From contig OZ176052.1 of NCBI GenBank assembly GCA_964247055.1, positions 5,642,001 through 5,706,000 on the forward strand: a stretch of DNA of 64,000 nt. Direction: 5' to 3'. Positions 9,949-23,245 of the stretch are shown piece after piece. Every line of letters starts with the position of its first letter. The first letter of the stretch is position 1. Source of the DNA: Paragordius varius (taxonomy: Eukaryota; Animalia; Nematomorpha). The notes under the pieces are model-generated. The model saw nothing but the letters and a program-made list of their open reading frames with translations. It ran no database searches and was not told where the DNA came from. The translations under genes were made by a program, and so were the position numbers.

Positions 9949-12439
9949 TAATGATAGGAAGAGAAGTGCTGGTATAAACAGTTTTTCCGAAACAGATTTA
10001 TAATATATTTATCTACGATTATTGTTATTTTTCTTTATAACAATAATTTTACAAGTTAGAAAACATTTTTTGTTAAATTGTATTTTTATCACTCGCGACC
10101 CCATAATTTTGCTAAGCCACCTCAAATGGGGTCGCGACCCATTATTTAAGAAGCCCTAATATAGTTGACTAAACTTCCTATACACCACATACCAAAAACA
10201 TCTATTTAATCACTAATGCTATCGTTTATTTGAAAGACACCTATACAAAAAAAGACGCTTTAAGGCAACTTATAATCCCATTCATATAGATTCCGCAGAA
10301 GATTCAAGATGAAGGATTTACCTACCGAGTAAAATGGCTTTGTTGGAGTTGGTTATTTGGAATGTTAATTCTTCATATTAAATTAATTAAGGTATAAATT
10401 TTTACTTTTATAACAATTTTCAGAAATGAGTATTTGTCGATAAATATAATTTATAGCCATCTTATTTTTAACGGTAACCATATCCAATGCATCCCACCGG
10501 CAATCTCTAATGCGATTACCAAACTCAATCCATGGTAGACCCCACTCTGACGAGATTACTTGCCAATCATCGTGAGAAGATGACATCGAAGCCGCTGATA
10601 GTTGAGCGGCACTGATTACCAATCTTCGGCATTTTTTTTGAACCGAATATTTGCTCCAACAGATAGAATGGTTTGATTGCAGAGTCGGTATTTTATTTTA
10701 AATATTTATTCCCATATCCTGGATTAAGGTATATAACTTTTATTTTTATATCACTCTTTGAAAATAAGTTAGTATTTTATGATAAATATTTACTTGAATG
10801 GGTAAAGACGAAGGTTTATAACACAACAGTGTCTTTGTGATATTTTTTTTGTTCGTTAACGGTTTCTTCGCGATTTTTCCTATATAAGTAGTATCAATCA
10901 TGATTTATTCATTTTTTAATTTAATTTTTACTGTCTTAACTGTATCTTCTGATGATGCTTATGGCGAAAATTTGAAAATCAAGAAATTATATTTTATTTT
11001 TACGTTATCTTTCAGCGATTTCCGCATCATAAATATTTTTATTTAAATTTGTTAATGGTAAGGGCACAAATTACTATGGCTAATATTGTGGATTGCTTTC
11101 TATATTTATATCGCGAGCTTTGAATGTACCGTTGCAAACACAAGCCATGCAAGACCCGACTTTGACGAGACTACTTGCCAATCATAGAACAAGACATCCT
11201 GGGAAGTAATGTTGGGCCGCTGATATTTGACAGGCCTGGTTACCAATCTTCGGCATCTCTTTTGGTCGAAGTTGAGACTTAGTTCAGAGCAGGGTCAACA
11301 ACTATTTATCCCGGTTTAGCGAGAGGAAGGTGCAGCTGAAACATGGTCGCACGAAGGGGTAACGTTGACACTTTTGATGTCTAATATCTCCAAAATTCAA
11401 CTACCTTAAAGGCCACACTCATTTAGAAGCAAATGAAGACCCCTTTTGCACCAAATGCAAGAAACTCTACTGGTGTAGAGTTTGAGCTGTTCAAATCGGT
11501 GCTATTTTTATGATTTTAAAATAAACTCTACATTTGACTCGATATAGTTTGACATTCAATACTTTGAGGAGTAAGGGCCATAACGCTGTTTGGACGGTTA
11601 TTTAAAATCAAATACTGCTTTTACATAACTAACACGGAAATTAACATTTTTTTATTATATATATATAGCTTTTCCACATTAACTTACAATAACACACCTA
11701 ACATAAAGGCATTTTTATGCATGTAGTTGCTAACGCCAAACCCAATCTCCGATGTGTATCACCGTTCTGAAGCTCCATGCGTTACGGGTGGGTAGGATCC
11801 CTTGACGGCAGGTGGCCGACGATCTTCCGACGCTACTCCTTTTACTTGTTGATATCATAGCATATATTTAAATTTTTTATCGAGTAATCGGCATATTTCC
11901 ATTTATTTTAAGAGAACTACCGCATTTTAGAAAGAGCCAAAAAATTTGGGATTTTCGTAGCCCCCATCTAAAAATTAAATTTTGATAAAAAATATTGTTT
12001 TTTATATGTAGGTTATGATATATTTTAGTGATATTTTTTGGAACAAATTTAACTTTCACCAAAAAATCTATTGTAAATTTTGTCATTTTCTGATATAGAG
12101 CAGTTACCACAAATTAGTAACTCTAATCACTCGAAATGGCCAAAACTATGGTTGATACGATTTCCTGTCGGAATAAGTCTATTTTATCAAGATATTTTTA
12201 CACACCCCTTGAACGCACTTTATGTAGGGTAAACTTCATATGCAATTTTTCTGTCAAAAACAACATTTTTTCAACACGCAACATTTTTCCAGCAAAGACA
12301 AGAAAAAATGTGCGTTTGCTTGAAAAATGTTACTATAGTAAAAATATTATAGTTAAAAGAGTATTTTTAACAGATAACTCTGCCTCCGAAATCGGGGTAC
12401 AAAAAAATATCGTTATGAAATAATATATTCTGAGAGAAA

Positions 12440-13560
12440 AATGTTTCAGGATTATCACCGTGCTTTTGTTGGCCTTTACGAGTGATATAAGATAGTTTTT
12501 ATCATTTTGAGTAATTGCTCCATATCAGAAAATGACGAAATTTGCGCACATATTTTCAAATAAATTTTTTTTGGGCAATATCTAGTGGCTTCATTCTAAA
12601 AAATATCACTAAGTGTATATAAAAAGCTTACAGTATTTTAAAAAAAAATAATTTGTAGATGTTGGCTCCGAAAGTCCGAATTTTTGCCCATATATAATGG
12701 GCTAGTGTTCTTAAAATATAAGTAAAAATGCCGGAATTGCGTGATAAAGATTTTAACTATATGTTAAATTTTGAGCTAAATATATTTTAAAAAATTCATA
12801 CTTTTTTAAAAAAATTTATTTTAGCAAAATTTTGTTGAACCGTCCTTCACACTATTTTATGATATGATAAAAACGGTTTATTAACGCTTTAAAATATCAT
12901 AAAAACACTTTTTCTCTACATTGATGTTGAATATATCTAATCGCTTAAGATTTATAATATAAAGGTTCTTTGCTCTGAGTTTTAGTGAATTTTTCTAAAA
13001 AACACAATTGATATTTAAATTGAATTTGATGATAAAAGAATATTTTGATCAAAATTCTAAGGTGGAAATGTACAGCATCATCGAATTATATAGAAAAAGT
13101 GTTTTTATATTATATTAAAGCGTTATACAGTTTCCGTCCTTTCTCCAATAGTATGAGGTACATCAACAAAATTTTGCAAAAAATCAAATTTTAAAAGTAT
13201 GCATTTTTTTATCCTTTTAGTTGATATCAAAATTTAGCATATATTTAAAATTTTTATAGCGCCATCCCGGCATTTTTGAGTTTATTTTAAGAAAACTAGC
13301 CCATTTTAGAAGAGCGACAAAATATGGGACTTTCGGAGCTTACATCTTAGAAATACAATTTTTTTTCAAAATATTGTATTGTTTTTATATGTAGTTTATA
13401 ATATATCTAGCTATTTTTTCGATTTTGCTTTGGTTAAAAAAATTATTTGAAAATGTGCGCAAATTTTGCCATGTTCTGATAGGAGTAGTTACTAAAAAAT
13501 CATAAATAATTTCCTTTTATCAATACTAACGGCCAAAAGCACCATGATAATCATGATACC
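12440..13560. repeat. Old inverted pair of a dispersed non-coding repeat family (other copies near 7545-7980, 11870-12110, 20580-21180, 24150-24560 and 29690-30400)
   Basis: Shared motifs CTCCATATCAGAAAATG, AATGGGCTAGT..TTCTTAAAATAAA and GTTGA..CGTACTTCA. The arms ~12440-12930 and ~13070-13560 are inverted. Some copies begin TTAA-CACTTT, which is piggyBac-like but not proven. Confidence 0.65.
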
Positions 13561-14024
13561 TTATCTTATTAGAATAATATTTAATCAGGTTATTTTTTGA
13601 GGACTTTGTGTAATATTTTTTTTACCAATTTGACCCCAAAATGTTATTATTTGCTTTAATTCTTTAAGTCGTTTAAAGAACTTCTGGAAAACTGTATATT
13701 AAAGTCACATTATGCGTTTGAGATTATCCTTATGACACATATTAGCAAATAAAATTAGGTTTCCGCGATTTCCTTTGCATAAAAATATATAAACCAAATA
13801 TGAAATGAAAAAAATATATTAAAATTTTGTAGATTTCCACAGCGTCAAAGATGTGGTTTCACTATATTTGGACGTTTTATACAAAAATGGTTAAAAACGC
13901 AATTTACGCGCTTTTTTGATTTTAGCTTATAATATATTATGATTTATCTCGTAGCGCCATTTTGTGTTGATTGTAGAGATTTTACGAATTCTAGAGCCAT
14001 TTATGTTTTCGGAAATATATATTA

Positions 14025-14527
14025 TATACCATTTGTACTTCAAGAGTGTCCTTGAACATTTCAAATTGGTCCTTCAACACTTCAGGTTCCTTCAATTAGA
14101 GTTGGTCCTTCAATACTTCAAGTTAGTCCTTTAACAGTTTAAGTTTGGATTTAACCATAAATTTTGCATAAATAAATTTTATATTCGAAAACCCCTTTTT
14201 TTAAACCAATTTTTTCCAATTTAACAATATTATACCTTATGAATTTTTTTAATGAAAAATTGTCATTAATAACCTAGAAAACTTATATATTTTTTAATAA
14301 CAAGTTAAACTCTTGTATAAAATAGATTTTAAGAATTTAAAAAGGGATATACGGTTTCTGAATGATTAAAAATTGAAAAGTTGTGTTAATAAGGAAAATA
14401 TGTTAAAAATGATAATCTAGATAAATGATACAACTATAAAAGTTAAAAACATAAAAAAGAAAGGACCAACTTGAAATGTTCAAAGACCAACTTGAATCAA
14501 GGACACTCTTGAAGTGCAAACGGTATA
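14025..14527. mobile_element. TA-flanked MITE with 21-bp subterminal repeats
   Basis: Termini TATACCATTTGTACTTCAAGAGTGTCCTTGA and TCAAGGACACTCTTGAAGTGCAAACGGTATA. Degenerate GTTGGTCCTTCAACACTTCAA units lie inside both ends. Confidence 0.8.
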
Positions 14528-15334
14528 CATATATAGAGAGAAAATAAAATTAAACAAATTATAATTCTATATTTTGTAAATATATAATAAAGTAAAATAA
14601 ATAAACTGTCAAGGATTTATAAATTTATAGATTTGATTCTAACATGACACTGTTTATTTAATTCTAAAATAATATAGTTTAATTAAGTTTCTTCCACAAA
14701 AGTTAAAATAACATGGCCAAAATTTAATATTTCTAATTTTGGATAAATATTGGGATTGTAGGCTTATTCCAAAAATAATAAAAGTTTATGCTAATTTGCA
14801 TAAAAATGAAAATTTCATACTCATGATTTTAAAAAAATTAAACTGAAAGTAATGCGGTGTTGATAGAAGAGGGTTTTCACGCTCAATACCTGATAGATAT
14901 TGGGTCCTTTTACACTTTTTATAACAAAAGTCACCTAAAATAATTTGTCTCGTGATTTTACTAACAGTGAATTAGGTTATTGAGGTTTATTATGTATTTG
15001 TAGTTTAAGTTTTTAGGTTAGAAACGGTGAATATTAATGTTTGAAATCAAATCCTATTAATAAATTAAACTGTCGATTTTTAATTTTAAATTTTACGTTA
15101 ACCCTTTTATAATTCAATTTGACGGTAGTCTTTGTTAACTAATATTCCCCTCAACGTTTTTAATTTAAGATTTAAGAACATGTGTCACTTTATAGGAGAT
15201 ATAAATGCAGTACTAATGCTTTTTTTATAAAATATTATACACTTTCATCAATGATGGTTTTCGCTGATAATTTATTTATATTATGAACTTCTAAATTATA
15301 TTAAATAATGTTATTAAAATTTAGAATATTTGAA

Positions 15335-15980
15335 TTATTCTACGGATATGCTAGATTGAGAGCGAAAGGAATTTATAGAAAACTTTTTGAATGGCAAAAT
15401 TGATCGATTGAACCATATGTATATCCATGGATTTACACAGCTAGCTAGGTTTCCAAGAAGTGCAAATATTACAAAAACTAAATATACAAAATAAATTATA
15501 TACAAAAATTATCGATGCAACATACAAACAACCATCATTAAATAATTGTAATAAAATTTATAACGGCAAAAATCTGAACCGGCCTCACCGCCCTTTAATA
15601 TTTTTCCCAGTAATTAATGAATATATTATGCCGAATAAACTATAGACGATTAAATAAATTAAAATAAGTTCTAACTTCACACTTTCTGAATATTAATTTA
15701 ATAACAAACTTATTTTTGATTATAACACGTAATATGCAGATGATAAAATTTTGACTGGCTGCTTTCAAAAACGATCACAGTCGTGGTAAAGAATGCTTCT
15801 ATGACCATGGGTATACTGTTTTGGATATATATTTGTATGTTAATTTAGATTTGAATATTTAAGAATAATGCTTTTTGATTATTATCGTACAAAAATTAAA
15901 TATACTTAATTGATTATCTATAACGAAAAATATCAATTTTACATTATATGCCAAAATTAATGTAAATTAAAATTAAAGCG

Positions 15981-16012
<32 letters not shown>

Positions 16013-18431
16013 TAAATTTAATTAATTAATAATTGAAGGCTAACAATATAAAATCAAGAATTTGATACCAAACTGAATATTTTCAGAACTGATGCAAATA
16101 AAAATTACCCATTTTTGATTATGGATATTTCATTTTAAATATCACCCCAGTTAAATCAACAAAAATTAACTTGATTCAAAACATGGCGAACGCTACATCC
16201 CACATTAACTATAATTATATTTTTACAGGCAAATTTTCAAACGTTCAAAGTTCCTTAGCTTCTTTCATAAAACAAAAGTTTTTCATTCATATATTTTATG
16301 AACGATTAGTTGACAATATTAACTGTTAATTAGTCCCAATGTAATTTACGGGTGGACAAAAATTAATTATTTGTCCTTTTATATAAAATTACCTTTCTTA
16401 GCCCATAATATGTTAAAAACATAGTTAATTTAAGAACCAAATGGCTTCTATGTTGAATTGTTTGTAGATCGATAGACGAAAGCGTTTGGACTGTGATCGC
16501 TCTTTAGATAAACGGCAATTAAATGATATGGTATTAAGGCGCAAAGAGAACTCCTAAAACTGTTAATATTTGAATGGTTTATACTAAGGGTGTTCAACAC
16601 GCGAAAGTTTTATAAATATATCTTTCCCAGAAAAAAGGTTTAAATAAATATATGTTTATACAGTCTTATGTTTAAAATCTAACAAAATACTTGTTATCCA
16701 TATATTTTACAAATGCGGCCCTCGAAGCCATTTTGTGTTGGTTATTTGGTTTAGACAGTATATATTATAAGTTTACCCATTTGTGTCAAAAGATTGAGTA
16801 TATATTTTCCAATATAAAAAATTTTGTGTGGATTAAAGTTATAATTATGTTGTTATTCACTGTTTTGACATTATATGTATTTAACAAAATTTTTGAACCG
16901 TACACTATACAGGATCCTTGACAAACGCTTCTCTTCTTTGATTTATAACAATTTAAGTAAAAAGATTCAAAAGTGAAAGATATACCACAAACCATCCTTT
17001 GTACTACAAATAATTGTAATTATTTTTGAGTTAAAGTTGGTAAAATAAAAGTACAGTCGGTATATAAATTAGTCATTTTTCAATTTTATCATATAATTTT
17101 GTTTCACATTTAATATTGTACTTACTTCTGTGCGAATCCTGAATTTTAAAGATGGTAAATTTAATGAGACTAATAAAATATGGTGACCAACATATCACGT
17201 AACAGGCCACGATACATAATGTCATGCTCAAACTCTTTTTGCGTGCTTTATTAATTTTATGGCATAAAATAGAGTTTGTTTGGTTGTAGGTACCCGTATG
17301 ATTTAATTTACTGCGCATTGAAGAATTCGGAGATCTGAATGATTTGATGGAATTTTTTAGAGTTAGCGTAGTTTTTTTGTCATTTTTTGGGATTGAAGGT
17401 TTACTAACATTTCTGAAATTAGGGTTCAATAAATAATTTTGTACTTGAAATAAGTTATCTTTATTAGTATTTTGCCAGTTAGGGTTTAATTTATTTTCAT
17501 CGTTCCCATAGTTCTGATCATTATCTTCAGCTTCCCCATTCTGACTGATTGATTTTTTTTGTTGTAAATTGAGTAATATTTTAATGTATATGTTTGTGTA
17601 ACAAAAAATTATAAATGATAGTGGAATGACATAGATGACAAGGAGGAACCATATCACATAAGCTTGAGCGCCCCACACATGGTTATGTTTCGCTCTGCAA
17701 TGGGTTTGATGCAAAAGTACGCTTTTATCTTTCTCCGTAAGACTTAGGATGGCCCAATCCATTTTAGTTTCCAGATATATTTGGTTGTTTATATTTTTCA
17801 TATTTGTTAAATGATCCTGTCTAAATCTTAATTTACTCATATTTTCATTCATGTAACGTTGTACAATTTTTCGTATGATAGGGTGTCTAAAATACTGAAA
17901 CACAAAATCCACATCAATTTTCTCGCTGACGATACTAATTAATCGCCATATCCAGAGTTGTGGGATGGCAAAAATACCAGAAAGAATTCCAGCTACGGCA
18001 ATAGCCCATTTAGCCCGTTTCCCCTTATGATATTTATGTTTGTAACGGAGAGAGTGACATATAGCCATGTAACGATCCAAGCTTATGGTTAAAAGGACGT
18101 ATGTTGAAAAATACATGGTAAACACTTGGAAATAGGGTAAAATTTTACACAAGAATGGACCTCCCTTCCATTCATACGTAATCTTCCAAATGAGTTGTGG
18201 CAATACATTGAAAACTCCCACCATCAAATCGGCTATACACAGTGTTTTTATGTAAAACAGAATTCGTCTATTAATCCGTAACCGTGTATATAGCAGGAGC
18301 AAACACAACACATTACTAAACAGGATAATGAAGAAAATAACGAATAGAGCTACGATTTCTGTGTTAGCTAAATTTTCATTTTGAATTAAATCCAGACACC
18401 GAGCAGACAGATTTGATTGCGTAACAATCAT
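15335..18431 (-). CDS. Class A GPCR, vasopressin/oxytocin (VP/OT-NPS-CCAP clade) receptor-like, 2 exons, 482 aa
   Basis: Exon 1 (18431-17126): ADLMVGVFNVLPQLIWKIT, LCKILPYFQVF, SLDRYMAIC, IPQLWI, CWSPYF, ending at donor A|GTAAGT. Exon 2 (15477-15335), found by hand: IFVIFALLGNLASCVNPWIYIWFNR...SVE*. The phase-1 intron (1648 nt) falls between TM6 and TM7, as in VP/OT receptor genes. AATAAA at 15276-15271. Confidence 0.9.
15981..16008. repeat. (TA)n microsatellite (others near 18715, 19067, 36235, 37456 and 63471)
   Basis: Directly visible dinucleotide runs. Confidence 0.9.
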
Positions 18432-19063
18432 AGAGGACGTGGATTTATGAAGTCATACTAAAGTGAACTAAAATATAATTATGTTTAATTGTCATTTTAA
18501 ATGCACAAATATTGGGCATTCAATTAGATTTTAATTAAAAAATAATTAATCATTTAGTAAAATGTATCGATAACAATTAAATAAACAATTAGCACGAATT
18601 TTTCCTCATATATTTTTTGCACAGCAGTTGACTAATTTGTTACTAAAAAATTAAATAATATTAGATATAAAAACATGACATTGGTATTAAATTAATCTCC
18701 GTCATTTTTGCATATATATATATTTATATATATATATATATATACATATATTTTAACCGTCGAATATCCCGCATATCCAATTTCGTTGAGTGTTATAAAG
18801 TGATGGCTTACAGATTAAGGGGAATTATAGTGAACAAATTGGGGCGCGTATAATTTTAAATATATTCAAAAATTAATATTTAGCATAAAATTAAATATAT
18901 TGGCAAAAAAATATTAAAATGTCTACATACATTTCATAAAAATTAATTTAATAAAAAATTAACTACCCCCTATTGTCATACAGCGCTAATTTAAAAATTA
19001 TTGATAAAAAATATACATTTGTAATAACAAAAATTTTAAAAAGATAGATTTAATAGTGAGACA

Positions 19064-19099
<36 letters not shown>

Positions 19100-22000
19100 C
19101 AATTAGTTTTTATTAAAATTTGCACACTCCATCAATGATTGAATACTAATTATTTTTATATAATAAGAGTGCGTAAGAAGTAAGCTATAAATATCCAGAT
19201 TCCCTATATATGGATCAAAAAATAGATATTCTTTTGATAGATATAAAAAATAATTAATTTCACACAAACTACAACATCCAAATAATTTGAAAGGCTGTCA
19301 CTATGCAACTAATTGCTATAAAAATATTAAAACGATACCATAATATAAATTAATTAATTATAATAAATATCACTGTGTTTTCAAAACTAACAGGTCATAA
19401 ATTTTTACTATAATGGTTATAATTAAAATTGAATGATTCACTTCCAAACGATGTTTTTAAAATGAACCTCAATATTGATACAAATTACAAATGGTAACAC
19501 ATATTTTAAATATTGATTATTGATTTTTGTTTTACTATGAAATGAACAAAATAAATATAAATATTTTTTTTGTTTTTAAATATAAAATTATTTTATAGGT
19601 GTAATTTGGAACAGTCAGTCATAAGGGATATGATACCCAGAGAAAATTAAATTTTATATTATATATTTTGTTAAAAAAGTATTTTTTTTCAAATTTACAC
19701 AATTGATAACAATTAATCTTAGATAAACAACAATCATTTGCATCCTTAAATGCCTATCCTATTGATATTTTGCTAACTCATGGAAATTAAATACTCCCTA
19801 CGGAGATGATTGATCGAAATTTTGCGTGTTTCTTGATACCTGATTTTAATGAAAGGTTTAAAGAACTAGTCCTTAAATATTTAATGACATCAAAATTTAT
19901 ATTTATGATATGAATTTGGTTTAACAGAAAATTAGCCGAAATTTTAAATTATTTTTCTCTGATTAATTTTTCATCATAAAAGTTAAAATATGAATTAGCA
20001 CATATTATATATATACATTGTTGCAATTTTTTCACTCACTTTTTAACTTTTTTATCTTCGATTCGGTCAAATTAAACGCGTACATAAAAGTTACTTGTTA
20101 GAAGGAGTTGTATCGTTTTTACTAAATATTTATCAGATTAATATCTAAATATTAATCAAGTTTAAAAATTAAACAATTTATTAAAGTTTAATGGTTTCTA
20201 AAAAATAATCGGACAACAATTGGGTGATATGGAATCATTTTTCTAGGAACATAATTATGCTGCTTGGTCTATTTTCCTTTTTGTAAAACAATCGTATTAT
20301 ATTTCGATTGTTTGACATAAAATAAATGTAGAGATGTATACGTTTTCGGTAATATACTTATAAATCAATTTTCTCCATAGATGAGGGTTTGGTACAAAAA
20401 TAAACACCACCAATATGTATTCATTATTTAAAAAAGTTATTTGCATTGGAAATTATACAAATAACTGATTTTTTATCAATAATTTTCAAAAATCGTTGAA
20501 ATATAACTAATCCATTTGGTAGCCATAAAAATTGGGCCTTAAAAATCATTATTGGACAATATTTTCATTATATATGATTGCTCGTTACACAGCTATTTTG
20601 AAGCATGATGTAAACGGTATTAAAGCGCTTTGAGATATTATAACAACACTTTTATACAAGGATGCTAACATTTCTATTACCTAGGAATTTTAATTTAAAG
20701 GTTTTTTTGCTAGATAATTTTTATCAAAAGCAATTTATATTTAACATAATTTTGACGAATGATAACTAAAATCAAAAATCTGAGGTGATAGAGATGTTCA
20801 GCTTCATTAAATTATATGGAAAAACTGTTTTTATAATATCTTACGATTTTATTCCGTTTTAGTAATGCCTGAAAGATGAATTAAGCTTCAACAATTTACT
20901 AAAGATTCTTTTAAACACGGTATGTTTTATTAAAAAATATTTTTTTGATGCCATAATCTGAGTATTGGAATCATTGAAAAATAATTACCCCATTTTAGAG
21001 GAAGGCAAATAGTTAGGATTTTAGAAGCCCTCGTCTAAAAATTAATTTATAATGAAAAATATTGTATTGCTTTTTATAGATTATTGTTTATGAATTTATA
21101 ACAGCGCATTTAGATTTTACCAAAAAAATACCTAATGCGCTGTAACTTTACGATATCCAATCACCACAAATTTTATATTTCTCGTAAGACCCAAAGTCAA
21201 AAGCACAATGGGAACACCGTTACTATCTATCGGAATACAAATATTTTATCAAAATATTTTTTAACATCCCCTGATTTTGTGCGCAATCTATGTTAAGATT
21301 GAATGCGCTTGAAAAAAAATAATAGAATTACTTAACACTTCATTGTCTTTTGTGGTAGGGTTATACCCCGTAGCGATTTGAAATAAATATCTTAAAAATT
21401 AACACTATTGGGGTATCTAAATACCCCGGACAATATTTAAGTTGTTATTTAAAAACTACTGATAGCGGTCCCAATTTAAATTTATGCTTATATCCTAATT
21501 AAATTTATATAAAAAAGCCTTAATATCTAAATGATATATTGTTTTGAAAAAAAATTTCATATCAAAATACTTCGACGCGATTTTTATTTCACAATATTTT
21601 GCAACATATCTTAAAATTTAAAGCTAAAATTATAGCTAATTTTTTATTCAATCATACTATCGATGAAGCAGAAATGGTGGTTTATATTGTGTCATTAATA
21701 TTTAGATAATGCACACATCTCATGTTGACTTAATTTTTACCTTTGGGTTTTACCTTAAAATAAGTAATATTAAGTATTTTTGAATGTTTTTTTATAATTC
21801 CTTCCATATTTTTTGAAGTCATGCCTGGGGTATCCAACGACCCCAATTGGAATCGAATGAAATGTATACAAGTCTTAAAGTATTAGGCCAAAAATATGCA
21901 CCTTTTTAGGCGCGTGCTTTGAAAAAACTTTTAAAAATCTAAATTGTAAAAAATCCTCATCTTAAACTTTTTCGCGGCCATTTTTTTCTTTAAAATTTTA

Positions 22001-22487
22001 AAATCTCTGATTCAACAGGTAAATTAATGTATATTATGATTTCTAAATAATTAACTGTTTTCTGTATTTTTTGAAAATACCTAATATTTATTGATTAATC
22101 ATCATTTGAATCTTTAGATGTTATTTCTTATACCCGATAACTATATTTGACAAAACAATTTCAACAAAAACAACTCTCAAAACAGTAGTCTATTTACACG
22201 ATTAAGCGCTTGTATATAAAACTACCCCAAAATATTATCGCGAAAGATGAAAATGTAATGAAGTGTTAATAGCTACGCAACGCAATTCTTAATAAATCAT
22301 TGCTTTATAGTCGTAATCTAGCATTTTCACACTCTAAGCAAAACCAACATTATGTTTTCACTTTTATGTCCTAGTTTAATCTTTGAAGTAGTTTTTTGTA
22401 TAAACTATAGTTTGGAAAGTTATTTTAGAAATTATTAACACAACATTCTTCTGTATAAACTATATTTTTACATTGTAACTTTTAGAC

Positions 22488-23245
22488 CAGGGGGTGTCCA
22501 ACAGGTGGTTCCGGAGCCACTTTTGATTCTTTAAAAATTTTAAGTGGCTTTTTAAAAAAATTGAAAACAATTTTTTTGTAAATAGTTTAATTTTTGAATG
22601 GCGATGTAAAATTTTTAAAAAGTAAAAAATTAATTGATTTGGAAAAAATTTTTTTTATTATTAATTACATTTCTATCCACATGCATTGTAGAGGAGGGAA
22701 TATGTTTAAATCTAGGTGAAAAAAGCAGTGCCTTGTTTTTGATCTTTATTAAGACGTCGGATTTTTTTTAATAATAAATAAGATTCTTTAGTGGTCCATA
22801 CATATATTTTTAATATATTTTTTAATATATTTAAAAATTGCATGCTAAACATAGGGTGGGGTGATAAAAAAATTTTTTTGATTTGACTTGCAAGTTTTTC
22901 AAGTCATGGCTTGCTTTCATGTGATAAAAAAATTTATTAGACGACTTAAGTCAAGCAAGAAAACATTGTATATTGTATATTTGTGCTTTCATCAATGGCA
23001 GATACATTTAAAACAAATTGTCCATGCATTTCATCATTTTTTTATTTTTACACATATTAGTACAATTCAACAGCAAATTTAACAATATTCTAATATTTTT
23101 TCTTGTTATTTTGTTCTTTCACAGATATATATATGTTTATATATTATATTTATTTGATATTATGTCTGGATATATATTGATTCAAATGTGGCTCTTCGGA
23201 TTCAGATCAAAAATGTAGCTCTTTAAGCCATTGTTGGACACCCTG
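22488..23245. mobile_element. hAT (Charlie-like) non-autonomous element
   Basis: TIRs CAGGGGGTGTCCAACA and TGTTGGACACCCTG. Flanks TTTTAGAC and TTTTAGAG (7/8 TSD match). Confidence 0.8.

Noticed and set aside
10440-11500. Alternative genetic code (TGA read as Trp) suggested by TGA opposite TGG
   Set aside because: The fragments also contain TAA stops and frameshifts, and the intact genes use TGG for Trp. Ordinary decay explains the pattern.
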